Below are positions 9,290 through 20,000 of a stretch of DNA of 20,000 bases, piece by piece. The first letter of the stretch is position 1, and every line of letters starts with the position of its first letter. The DNA is taken from NCBI RefSeq assembly GCF_004010195.1, contig NC_057751.1, forward strand, positions 17,109,986 through 17,129,985. The letters are read 5' to 3'. The notes under the pieces were generated by a model. It ran no database searches. It was not told the DNA's origin and was given only the letters and a program-made list of their open reading frames with translations. The translations under genes were made by a program, and so were the position numbers. Source of the stretch: Chiloscyllium plagiosum (taxonomy: Eukaryota).

Positions 9290-9680
9290 GAGCGCGGGAT
9301 GGGCAGACAGGCGGGGAAGAAAAAGAAAGACAGAGGAAGGAGCAGAGATAAGGACTGGGGAGAGGATTATGGGGAGGAGCTAGGTCAGACGGACTGGGAG
9401 AGGTAAAGCGTGGGTAGAGACTCGGTGAGACAAATTGTGGGAAGGGACTGGGTGAAACAGATTGGGGAGGCACATTTGGTGAGACTCACTGGAAGGAACA
9501 CTCGTGGTGACGGACTTGGGGGGGAGACAAATTTTATTGGGAGATTCGGGGAGAACGAGAGTCAGAGGCCGACTCAGGGAGACAGATTGTGGGGAGATAA
9601 ACAGTTAGATGAGACAGCGGGAGTTGGACTGTCGGGATTACTGTCGGGAGCGGTGATTACAGACTGGAGAAGAAACTGAA
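9290..9680 (+). repeat. Purine-rich degenerate minisatellite (ggggagacagac/att-like units)
   Basis: Recurring ggggagacagattgt, ggggagagga, ggtgagacaaattgt and ggtgaaacagatt, with strong G/A strand bias. Confidence 0.65.
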
Positions 9681-10456
9681 GAAGACTGCCAGATATTAAT
9701 TTCTTCAAAGCCTTGTTTGAGTTTGATGAAAATGCCATGACCGACCATTCACTGATCCAGTTAATGACAGATGAAATGAAAGATTAACACAATGTTCTCC
9801 TGTGGTAGGAAACTGCTCAATAGATCTATGTGGCACTTCCAGCCCGCAGCTCTTTATTGAAATGGGCAGCTGTTAGAATGTATAGTCTTGGTAGAGTCGC
9901 TCTTGTAATGTTAACCAAAACATGGAGATTCAACTCCCCCAAATGTTGTGGGTCCAAAATTTAAGAATTATTACCAAGGTTCCACATGTCTTCAGAAGCA
10001 CAGTCCATGTCATTGGGACACTGAGGCTATGCTTCCCTTTATTATGTGAACCAGCAGATATAATTATAGAACTATTAATCTCAGATCTCTCTTTTGTTAA
10101 TGCTTAGAAGTTCATTTACTGCAACTCCATGGGATGGACAAATGTAGGGGAAATGTCCAAGTGACATCAACGTTTGAAGTTATTCTCATTTGGGTAACTG
10201 AGAATTTGATTTGCACTGAGACATAATGTCCCCAGTCATTTCTTTTCAATTCAGTTATCTCTGCGGTGACTGTCATCCTGAACAGTGGGCATTGTTCCCT
10301 CTCAAAACGGATCCGGTAGTATTCGATGAAATCGGTTGTTTCCTATCAAGTTCGTCACTTTCCATTGAAACATTCCAAACTTTTAGCGAGGTGAGAAACA
10401 TTTTCGAGCTCAGGTTGAGGTTCTGGATGTGAGTTTGCTCGCGGAGCTGGAAGGTT

Positions 10457-10496
10457 TCAAATGTTTCATCGCCATACGAGGTGAGATCTTCAGTGA
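10457..10496 (-). ncRNA. Degenerate hammerhead ribozyme in the pLTR
   Basis: UCA-CUGAAGA-U-CUCACCU(CGUA)UGGCGAU-GAAA-CAUU-UGA. The core and stem I (UCA/UGA) are retained. Stems II and III are decayed, partly by CpG-type changes. Confidence 0.65.
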
Positions 10497-10684
10497 GCCA
10501 CCGGTGAACTCCTGATGTTGTCTCCCGCTTGTTATTGAACAGCTTAGAGTTCTTTGAGTGCTTGGTGATGTCATTTCCGGTTCTTTTTCTCAAAGAATGG
10601 TCGATAGGGGTCAAACTCCATGAGTTTGTGGACAGAGCTCCGGTTGGATTGCCATGCTTTCTAGGGTTTGTTGGGCACGTCAGA

Positions 10685-11517
10685 GGATGGATCTATTATT
10701 CCAGCCAATGTGGTGGTCTTCCTCGTCTGCTTTTAGGAATATCAGTGACAGTGGGTCATGCCTTTTTCTGGCTAGTTGACGTCCATGTGTCCTGGTGGCT
10801 AGTTCTCGCCTGGTTGTTCAATGCAGTATCTGTACACTATCCTTTTAAATGAAGTTTGTTTTGTTCTTGTCTGTATAGGGTCATTTATGTTCATTAACTA
10901 CTGCCGTGAGTGGTGGCTTGTTGTAATGATGTCCTAAAGCAGCTTTGTTTGTGGCTGCGGAGATGTTTGCTTCTGTAGTTGAATATTTATCCCTAATGTG
11001 TTTTTCTTTGCTGTAGACTCTGGTCTGATATACCCTCTGACCGCTGTGTTCTGATACCTAGGAATGGCAGTTTGTCTTGTTTTCTTCCTATGTTGCGAAT
11101 GGATGGATCTATTATTCCAGCCAATGTGATGGTCTTCCTCGTCTGCTTTTACGAATATCAGTGACAGTGGGTCATGCCTTTTTCTGGCTAGTTGACGTCC
11201 ATGTGTCCTGGTGGCTAGTTCTCGCCTGGTTGTTCAATGCAGTGTCTGTACACTATCCTTTTAAATGAAGTTCGTTTTGTTTCTTGTCTGTATAGGGTCT
11301 TTTATGTTCATTAACTACTGCCGTGAGTGGTGGCTTGTTGTAATGATGTCCTAATGCAGCTTTGTTTGTGGCTGCGGAGATGTTTGCTTCTGTAGTTGAA
11401 TATTTATCCCTAATGTGTTTTTCTTTGCTGTAGACTCTGGTCTGATATACCCTCTGACCGCTGTGTTCTGATACCTAGGAATGGCAGTTTGTCTTGTTTT
11501 CTTCCTATGTTGTGAAT
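10685..11517. repeat. Tandem duplication, 2 x about 416 bp (10685-11100, 11101-11517), inside the PLE
   Basis: ggatggatctattattccagcc...tatgttg(c/t)gaat occurs twice with about 8 differences. Confidence 0.95.
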
Positions 11518-11883
11518 GTTATGCCTGGAAGCATATTATTGATCGTCTTGAAGGTTTCCTCTAATTTGTTTCGTTTAGTGATGATAAAGGTGACATTCAC
11601 GTACAGGAATAAAAGTTTGTGTTGGATGGTGCTGAGAGCTGTTTATTCGACTCTTAGCCTGACTGCTTCTGGGTGTTCCATTGATTTGCGTGAGGCTATT
11701 GTTATTGAATGTTAAGTGGCTGGTGAGGGATAAATCTACTCGCTTGACCATTTTGTCTTTGCTGATGAGGTTGGTGATGTCTAGTGTTTGTGTTTTTGGT
11801 TCTTCTAATCGTGTGGTCACTGTTTCTGTAGCCAGGTAGATGTGGATGGATGTGAACAGCAATGTAATGACAAAGGAGATCAT

Positions 11884-12150
11884 TAGAACATAGAACAGTA
11901 CAGCACAGAACAGGCCCTTCAGCCCACGATGTTGTGCCGACCACTGATCCTCATGTCTGCACCCTCACATTTCTGTGACCATATGCGTGTCCAGGAGTCT
12001 CTCAAATGTCCCCAATGACCCTGCCTCCACAACTGCTGCTGTCTCTGGCTGTCGACTCTATCTATGCCTCTCATTACCTTGTATACCTCAATTAGGTCCC
12101 TCTTCTCCTTTTCTCCAATGAAAAAAGTCCGAGCTCAGTCAACCTCTCCT
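11884..12150 (-). mobile_element. CR1 LINE 3' end inserted into the PLE RT region
   Basis: tagaacatagaacagtacagcacagaacaggcccttcagccc is the reverse complement of a CR1 tail. It is flanked by tcattag at 11880-11886 and 12150-12156. Confidence 0.85.
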
Positions 12151-12715
12151 CATTAGTTCATAGTCTTCCATCTTGGTGTCTGTGATGGTGTTCAGGAATT
12201 CTTGGATGGAGTCCTCTACTAAGTAGTTAAATCTTTTGTGAAGTTCGTTGCTTAGTCTGCCATTTTGTGCTCCCCGTAGTAAGATTTTAGGTCGGAGGGG
12301 GCCTCCTGATTTCTGAAGTTTGGCTAGTCCACAGAAGTGTGATGAGTTGGATCCACCTGGTTCAGTTTTCCTTTTTTGGAGGACTCTCTTGGTCAATTTC
12401 TTAAGTTTTCAGAACAAGGCGGTGTTTCTGTTCTCTCGTTGTGTGCTTGGATGTATCGCCACCTGTTGGCAAGAACCAGTATCTGCAAGCAGTGCATTCG
12501 CCTTTTGCATCGTCGTCTGATTTGTTCAAAACGACTATCCTTTGTCCGCAGATAAGATTGCGATGATTTTGTATTCTTCAGCCCTTCTAGTGCTTTCGCT
12601 TCTTACGCATTGATTGCGTTTGACTCCTTTTTCCTGCTTCATGTTGCTGCAAAGGTTTGTCTGACAGTTGGCTGCGTTTCCTTTGTGAGGACGCTGCCTT
12701 GCACTGTTGCTTCAA

Positions 12716-12939
12716 ATTAGATTACATTACAGTGTGGAAACAGGCCCTTCAGCCCAACAAGTCCACACCGCCCCCGCCGAAGCGCAACCCACCCACACCC
12801 CTACATTTACCCCTTACCTAACACTACAGGCAATTTAGCATGGCCAATTTACCTGACCTGCACATCTTTGGACTGTGGGAGGAAACTGGAGCACCCGGAG
12901 GAAACCCACGCAGACACGGGGAGAATGTGCAAACTCCAC
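12716..12939 (-). mobile_element. HE1 SINE, 5'-truncated, inserted in the PLE
   Basis: Reverse complement of the 5282-5527 copy, covering the V-domain and tail. Confidence 0.9.
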
Positions 12940-13511
12940 CCTTCTCGTTCGCGTCTGAGAAGTTGCACTTTTGAAGAGGTGCTTTCAGTGTCGACAAGGT
13001 GTAGATCTGATGAGTTTTCTTTGAAAACGAGGCTTTTATGTTGGCCTGTGTTGTTCTTTTGTGTGAGTTTGTCTCGTTTTCTTTTTCTGCAGGTCTCGCT
13101 GTTTTCTCCTCTCTCATTTTTCTGTGTTTGGCGCGGTCCAATACCTTTGTTTTGTTGGACTGTGTCTGTCCATTCATGGTCTGAAAACCTTAGTGAGTAC
13201 TCCGGCGGAAAATGTCACCATTTTATTTGTGGAATCATTTGTGGGAAATGTTAATCATCTCTCGGGGTATTCTGCAGCCGTTTTGTTCTGCTGGTTAGTG
13301 TGGTGTTAAACGGAGGTGTGTACTTAAGACATTGTGGTAGTTCCGGTTTCCTTTGGCATTGGTGCAGGGATTACAGATTTCCCTTCTTCAGACCAGTTTT
13401 TGTGGATTGCGCTCATAGGTTGTGAGCGAGTTTTAAAAATGTTAATATTTTTAAAAATATCTGGTTAAGACTGTAGATGTGAGTTTGCTCACCGAGCTGG
13501 AAGGATGTGCT

Positions 13512-13537
13512 TCAGACATTGGTAATGTCATCAGTGA
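13512..13537 (-). ncRNA. Hammerhead ribozyme remnant (3' arm of stem II and the GA of GAAA deleted)
   Basis: UCA-CUGAUGA-CAUUACC-[deletion]-AAUGUC-UGA, at the homologous pLTR position. Confidence 0.5.
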
Positions 13538-13958
13538 GACTTCAGGAAAGAGCTGGTGTTATGTCCTGCTTTCTGTTTATGCGTTTAGGTTTCTTTGCAT
13601 ACTTGGTGATATCATTTCCGGTTCCTTTTCTCAAAGCATGGCAAATGGCGTCCAAATCGATGTGTTTGTTGATAGACTTCCAGTTGGAATGTCATGTTTC
13701 TAGGGACTTCATGCTTCTCACAACTTCAAGGCCAGGAACAAGACGGATTTCTTAGCAGCATGAGAAGCAAGACGGAAAGAAAACGAACTCGCAGAGGAAA
13801 CCTGGCAAACCATCAGACAGACCATCATGAAGCAGGACAAAGGAAGGAAACACACTCAATACACAAGAAAGAAAAGCACTAGAGGGACTCAAAAAAGACA
13901 AAAATACCATAATTCTATCCGCAGACGAATAACACGTGGCAGTCCTTGTATAAAAATC

Positions 13959-15085
13959 ATTGGAATACAATGGTAGTAAAAGTGAAGTCATACATTTTGG
14001 GAGCAGTAACCGCAAAATAGATTATGACTTGAATGATTAAAAAAAGTTGCAGCATGTTGATTGGCAGAGGAACCTGGTTATCCTTTATCCTGAATCACAG
14101 AAGGTTAGTCTGTAGGGTAAACAAGTAATTAGGAAGGCAAATGGAATTTTGTCCTTCATTGTGAAAGGGTTTTCGTCTAATAGCAGAGGGGTAATGTTAC
14201 AACTGAACACAGTGCTGGTGAGGCCACTGTGTGCAGATTTGGTCTCCTTACTTAAGAAAGCATACACTGGCACTGAAGGGGGGGGTGGGGTTGCAGAGGA
14301 GGTTCACTGGGTTGACTACAGAGTTGAGGGGGTTGGTTTATGAGGAGAGGCTCAGTAGATTGGGATTTTATTCATTGGAATTCAGAAGAATGAGGTGATC
14401 TCATAGAAACATGCAAAATTATTAAGGGAATCGATAAAATAGAAATAGAATACATGTCTCCACAGGTAGATTAGATTAGATTACTTACAGTGTGGAAACA
14501 GGCCCTTCGGCCCAACAAGTCCACACCGACCCACTGAAGCACAACCCACCCATACCCCTACATTTACCCCTTACCTAACACTACGGGCAATTTAGCACGG
14601 CCAATTCACCTGACCTGCACATCTTGTGACTGTGGGAGGAAACCCACGCAGTCACAGGGAGAATGTGCAAACTCCACACAGTTAGTTGCCTGAGTCGGGA
14701 ATTGAACCCGGGTCTATGGTGCTGTGAGGCAGCAGTGCTAACCACTGTGCCTCCGTGCCGCCCACCAGGTGAAAGTAGGACAAGATGGTCTCAATATTAG
14801 AAGAGGCAGGTAAAGAAGTGAGCTGAGAAGGAACTTTTTCACCCAGATGGTTGTTACTCTATGGAATTCCTTGCCCAGGGAAGTAGTTGACGCTACTTTA
14901 ATAATCACTTTTAAAGCTAAAGTAAATACTTTTTTTTTGAAAAAAGAAAGGAATTAAGAGGTATTGTGAAGATGCGGGTAAGTGGAGCTGAGTCCATGAA
15001 CTGATTAGCCATAATCGTATTGAGTGGCGGAGCAGGGTTGAAGGAAGATGGCCGACCCCTGCTCCTCATTCTTATGTTCTTGTGG
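13959..15085 (+). mobile_element. CR1 LINE 3' portion inserted in the PLE
   Basis: SKSEVIHFGSSN, IRKANGILSFIVKGF..VMLQLNTVLVRPL, and FFTQMVVTLWNSLPREVV. The 3' UTR ends ctgctcctcattcttatgttcttg. PLE sequence resumes after 15085 (NALLADTDT). Confidence 0.87.
14468..14763 (-). mobile_element. HE1 SINE, full length, nested in CR1
   Basis: Minus strand has an A-box-like GGCACAGTGG, a B-box GGTTCAATTCC, the V-domain (small deletion) and a (taatc)n tail. The flanks share caggt (14463-14467 and 14766-14770). Confidence 0.92.
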
Positions 15086-16621
15086 TTACTATAAAAAAAG
15101 AACGCACTGCTTGCAGATACCGACACTCACCAACAGGTGTCGTTAGACCCAACCCCACAATCAGAGAATTGAATCACAGCCTTAATCTCAAAATTTAAGA
15201 ATTCAGACAGAAGAAGACAGACTTCCAACAAATGGAACCAGATGGAACCAACGCATCACACTTCTATGGACTACCACAATTCACAGGTTAGGAGCCCCCC
15301 TCTGACCCAGACTCTCAGTGCGGGGAATACCAATTTACAGACTAGCGAAGGAACTGCACAACAGACTAAAGCACCCAGTAGAGACGGAAGCCACTCCATA
15401 CACTCCTCCCAAGAATTCATGAACACCATCAAAGATACCAAGATAAAAGAGGATGAAATAATAATATCCTTTGAAGTAACAGCCCTGTCCAGCTGCATCA
15501 GCAACAACCTTGCTAAAGAAAAAATGACTACACGATTGGAAGAGCCAAAGATACAAACACCACACATCGCCAACTTCATCATCAAAGGCAAACAAGGAGG
15601 CCTATTCCTCATCAGACACTTCACTTTCAATTACAATCAATGTAACATCCATGGGAGCACTGATATCATAGCAGGAGCTGTAATGCAGAGGCTCAAAAAC
15701 ACAGCTCTACAAACTATCCAACCCAAAAATTGGGTCTGCCACGTAGATGACACCTTTCCCTCACGAAACGAAGCAAATTAGAGGAAACCTTCAAGAAGAT
15801 CACGAAAGAGGAAGAAAACACCAAGAAACTCCCTTGCCTAGATGTCACAGTACAGCAATCAGCCATTGGGGAATTTCAAACCAGCGTCTATCGGAAAACA
15901 ACACATACGGAGCAAATACTGAACTACAGAAGCAATCATCCAAAGCTGCATGAGGACGTAAGTTCAACGAGCCACTGCAGCACTGAAGAATTGCAAAGAA
16001 CAGAAGAAAACCACTGTCAAAACGATTCACCGGTAAACAATAATCACAGTCCACTAATTTCTAAGCAGAAAGCAGAAGCAAGCAGACAAAACGAGAGCAG
16101 AAGTCCGAGACACTTTACCCTGCACCAAAGACATCTCTGAAACGATGGACAGACATTGGCATCATGGTCGCACACAAACCCACCAACACACTTGAACATC
16201 AGCTGTTGAATTTAAAAGATCCTGGACAGACAACAAACAAAATGAACGTCAATTATGAAATATCTTGCAAGGATTGGAAGAAACGCTACATTGGACCACC
16301 AGGCAGAAAACTAGTCACCAGGATACATAAACATCAATTAGCCTCACACACACAAAAAAAACCATGACCCACTATCACTAATTTCCATACATACAGGTGA
16401 GAAAAGTCACCATTTTTACTGTGACAGCACATCCGTCCTCGGACAAGCCAAGTAGAGAGACGTAACATTCCAAATCTAACTCTATCAAAAAAACCACATC
16501 AATTTGGACGCCATTTGCCATCCTCTGAGAAAAAGGAACTGGAAATGACATCACCAACACTCAAAGAAAGCTAAACACACCAATCAAACGCGGGACAGAA
16601 CACCAGTGCTTCACTGGAGGC

Positions 16622-16661
16622 TCACTGATGATTTTGCTTAGAAGGGTGACAAAACGTCTGA
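16622..16661 (+). ncRNA. Degenerate hammerhead ribozyme in the 3' pLTR
   Basis: UCA-CUGAUGA-U-UUUGCUU(AGAA)GGGUGAC-AAAA-CG-UC-UGA. Stem I and the ACGU palindrome are kept, catalytic G12 is changed to A, and the 5' arm of stem II is decayed. Confidence 0.7.
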
Positions 16662-18061
16662 AACTGAACCTTCCAACACAGCAAGCAATCTCACATTCAT
16701 TCAAAACCTCTGTTTCTGATGTTTATACCATGGTAAAATCTTGTTTTGTGCTTACCTTTTCAGTCACACAATGTTGTGCTCAGCTTCATTATCGCTTACA
16801 CATTTGATTGATTTGTATAAATTTGTTGCCAGAAGCTGAAAGCAATTTATTGCGCCCAGTAAGTATCAGAGCATGCTGAACAGAGGGCTGCGTTACTGGT
16901 GGTGGTGAGGTGTTGGGGCAGTGGTGTGGGGAGAAGAGATGTAGCGGAAAGGCGCATCCAATAATTCAAACTGACCTTTCATTGTAATTTATTTATCTTC
17001 CGAGTATAGGAGGCTGAGCAGTGTCATTGAATTTGAATCAGAATCACTACAATATGGAATGAGGCCCTTCCGCCGAATGCCCCATTACCCTACTCTTTTG
17101 TTTTCCATTTCCCCTGATGAATGCGCCGAACCGACAAATCCCTGAGCACAATGGGCAACTTCAGCTTTGAACAATTGGACTGTGAACCCTGAGAGTGGAA
17201 GGCAACCACTAAGCCACCATGCCATCCCCGTAACTGCAATGCATAAAGTTATCAAGGTGGCAAATGTATTAAGCAGGAAGTCATTGTTTCCTTGTATTGA
17301 GGGATCAATGATGGTTTGCATAGATTAATGTTCAGAGGTACAAATGCTAAAATGAGAGTCATTGGATATTGCTTTCACCCAGAGCGTCGTGAAAGTTTGG
17401 AACACACGGTTTCGCGATAAACCTCCTTACAATCAGGATGATTTACGTTTTTATTTGCTGTCATCCCGCCAATGAGCCGAAATGGAAACGATGACATGAG
17501 GGTATTCAGTACACCGTGAAGCAGCAGAGGGGCTGAATGTTTTCCTCGCATTTTGCGGAAGTCTATGAATTGATGAATGCGACCTGTCATGCCTCTGTAG
17601 TGTACATCCAGGCCTGGCCTGTGCAGTTGTCTGAGTCCACCCTCCCTGCTCTCAATGACTGCGATTAACGTCAGTTTCCATGGATCGTATTTGTGTTACT
17701 GGAGTCTTTCTGTCTTCTCGTCACACGGGACTGTTTTCAGCGTGTTATTCCATAGCGGGAGAGCCTCATCCATAACAGTAACAGGGATCATCAGCTTCAG
17801 AAAAGGGAGTGGAGAGTTCCGAACATAAGAACAGGACATCAGAAAGTTCTATTAGTGGATCAAATCTGGAAACAAGAGATCAGAATGTTGCAACAATGGA
17901 AAGAGATTTATCCTGGTCTCTTTGCTCTTTCTTCAGTGGCTTGGTCAGAAAGTTCGATGTTAAATTTGGTCCATATTTTCCAATTCTTTCATTATCCCAT
18001 CTTGGTTATTGTTGGAGTTCCTGGTATGTACTCCCATCGAGTTACTGGCTGTAGTTATCTT

Positions 18062-18442
18062 GTTTAACTTTGGTATTATAAAGTCATTAATTCTGTCACG
18101 ATCTCCACTGGTGGTGTGCCTGCTGAGCTCCATTGAAGTCCTCAATGACTCCCTCTGGATCTACACTGAAACCATTATCCAATCCACAGAATGCAGTTCA
18201 AAACTTTACTAACAATGGCAAGTCAGTTAAGTTAATTAAAGTTTTATCTCAGTTTAACTTTGGTATTATAAAGTCATTAATTCTGTCACGATCTCCACTG
18301 GTGGTGTGCCTGCTGAGCTCCATTGAAGTCCTCAATGACTCCCTCTGGATCTACACTGAAACCATTATCCAATCCACAGAATGCAGTTCAAAACTTTACT
18401 AACAATGGCAAGTCAGTTAAGTTAATTAAAGTTTTATCTCAG
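18062..18442. repeat. Tandem duplication, 2 x 190 bp, apparently identical
   Basis: gtttaactttggtattataaag...aaagttttatctca at 18062-18251 and 18252-18441. Confidence 0.95.
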
Positions 18443-19331
18443 CTACATTTCTGCGTCAATTACACTATTGGTTTAATTGCACTTTTGGATAAATCGCAAT
18501 TTAGTTTCACTTTGAGTTTTCTAATGGCCCGTGGGGAGATGGGGCATGTCGTACTGTCTGTGCTTCAGGTAGAGTGTCAAGAGTTCTTAGTTTATGAATA
18601 TAATATTTGTCAGGTCAAGTAATCCAGGCAGCAGCCATTCGTTGTCTTTCTAATAATTTTACAGCATTATCATTTGTTTGCTATAAGGGCTCCTGATCTG
18701 CGCCTTCCTCCCAGGCCAGAATTTATACCTCACAATCACTCCTGTCTCCTACATTCTTCCCACCCTGGCTGTTTGTTCTTGCTGTTCTGCCGTCACTAAT
18801 TTCTTTGGGTCTCCGGAAATGTTGCTCTGTAACGATGGCAACATCAGCGCCAGAGATGTCCTAGTGATGACTTCGATATTATTCTGTCTCCAGAATCACA
18901 CTGGAGCCCTGTTTGGTTCAGTTTCCTCTATCTTTCAGCTATGCATTACTGCTAATAGCTCTGAGACCCTCACACTCCCATCAGTGCAACAACTCTGTCA
19001 CTTTTGGCTTTGTGGTCACAGCAAACCCCCTTGTAACGGCCAATATCCCTGCCACTCTTCACTCCTCTGCCCCTTCTGACCCTGTTGTCGCCTCATGCAC
19101 AGCTGGCTCTCCCACTACTGCTCGCACTCCACGCTCCCTGTAACTCAGCAGGTTCCTCTTATATGACATCGTGCTTTCATTCTCTTCTCACGTATCAACC
19201 CTTTTTCTTCTCACTCTGTGTCATTCCACATTCCCCTGGTATTCCATGTTCTGCATGAATCCATTGTCCACTCTCATGCCATACTCCGTTATTACCTCAT
19301 ACTTCCCATTACTCTTAGCTCTCTTCATACT

Positions 19332-19377
19332 ACACATACACACACACGCACGCACGCACGCACACACACACACACAC
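19332..19377. repeat. Compound (CA)n/(CACG)n microsatellite
   Basis: Directly visible. Confidence 0.9.
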
Positions 19378-19939
19378 CATTTGTTCACTGCAGTGGACAT
19401 ACATTTCCAAAGACCATTTATATTCTAATGGCTGGGGCAGGATTTGCAAGGCTTTTATCTTTGACATTCAGAACTGTCAAGGAGTGATTAGTGTCTACTT
19501 TCTGGTGATCCAGTCGATGACAGTTTCACACATTGTTCTCATGCATGTGTATGCATTCATTTGAGGAGTGAGTGTTCCCGCTGTTCTGTGTATCATGTTT
19601 TAAAACCTTTCAAACAATTTCTTTAGTCAGTTTAGATAAAAGTAGCTGATTTGAAAATCTCAACACTCTGAAAGTCAAACTGGCATCTTTTCCTGTTGGT
19701 TGATGAATAATGCGTTTTTTTTTTTGCCTTCCTTACAGTTAACTTAATGGCAATTTTTATACCACTTCATAGGAAATGAATGCATCACTCGTTGCCTGCT
19801 AGCTCGGGCCATCGTGGATCTCTGAGTCATTATTGTTGACGTGATATTGAGACATATTCCGAATATTTATTAAATTTATTCCCTAATGCCTCTCCTTGAG
19901 TATAATATCCATGCCGTTCTGATTTGGGCACCGACTGAT

Positions 19940-20000
19940 TATAGAGTCATAGAGATGTACAGCACGGAAACAGACCCTTCGGTCCAACCCGTCCATGCTG
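19940..20000 (-). mobile_element. CR1/HER1 LINE 3' tail, same family as 8061-8296; continues beyond the window
   Basis: atagagtcatagagatgtacagcacggaaacagaccc is near-identical to the reverse complement of 8249-8287. Confidence 0.85.

Larger units (their letters stand above)
10385..13300 (-). mobile_element. Penelope-like element, old and near full-length, with nested CR1 and HE1 insertions and an internal tandem duplication
   Basis: 3' pLTR at 10385-10660. Minus-strand fragments: PLRPKILLRGAQNGRLSNELHKRF..SIQEFLNTITDTKMEDYELM|ISFVITLLFTSI (SFDVTALFT motif) and LTSHLTFNN. Colinear with the plus-strand PLE at 13725-16700. The 5' boundary is uncertain. Confidence 0.85.
13425..16710 (+). mobile_element. 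Penelope-like element with an inverted 5' pLTR (about 13425-13706, minus) and a 3' pLTR (about 16450-16710, plus); decayed RT and GIY-YIG
   Basis: SQEFMNTIKDTKIKEDEIIISFEVTAL, IQPKNWVCHVDDTF (YVDD motif) and AHKPTNTL..KDP..NVNYEISCKDWKKRYIGPPGRKLVTRIHKHQLA (GIY-YIG with CxxC remnant). The termini are inverted repeats of each other. Confidence 0.88.

Noticed and set aside
14690..14763. tRNA gene
   Set aside because: This is the tRNA-derived head of an HE1 SINE, continuous with the V-domain and LINE tail.
13949..15097. tataaaaa at both ends of the CR1 as a TSD
   Set aside because: It is low complexity, and comparison with the minus-strand PLE copy explains both flanks as continuous PLE sequence without a duplication.
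17114..17135. ctgatgaatgcgccgaaccg as a hammerhead core
   Set aside because: No pairable stem II, no GAAA, and no pLTR context.
19715..19780. Strong splice acceptor (poly-T...ccttacag at 19738)
   Set aside because: All three downstream frames stop within about 40 nt and no convincing donor is nearby. Only a non-coding or terminal exon is possible, and that is unsupported.
1..20000. CRISPR array or bacterial operon
   Set aside because: No regularly spaced short direct repeats with unique spacers, and no gene-dense coding structure.

Overview
Vertebrate non-coding DNA, almost certainly from a cartilaginous fish (shark): it carries five segments of the elasmobranch tRNA-derived V-SINE HE1 plus CR1/HER1-type LINEs. 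No intact host gene is recognisable, and every ORF with a recognisable product is a broken retroelement fragment. More than half the window is nested retroelement debris: one Rex1/Babar LINE, several CR1 fragments, and three Penelope-like elements (PLEs; RT plus GIY-YIG endonuclease). The most notable hidden layer is a set of minimal type I hammerhead ribozyme (HHR) motifs. Each of the four PLE terminal repeats holds one, and the copy at 3831-3873 has a nearly intact core. A small ORF-less fold-back element (5812-6290) holds two inverted HHRs of a different family, one split by an HE1 SINE with a 9-bp target-site duplication. There are also three near-identical tandem duplications (135, 190 and 416 bp) and a probable false haplotype duplication across an N gap that reveals a 570-bp indel. 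HHRs in PLEs are a known phenomenon, so the novelty is at most at the family or locus level. All calls were made by eye and boundaries are approximate.
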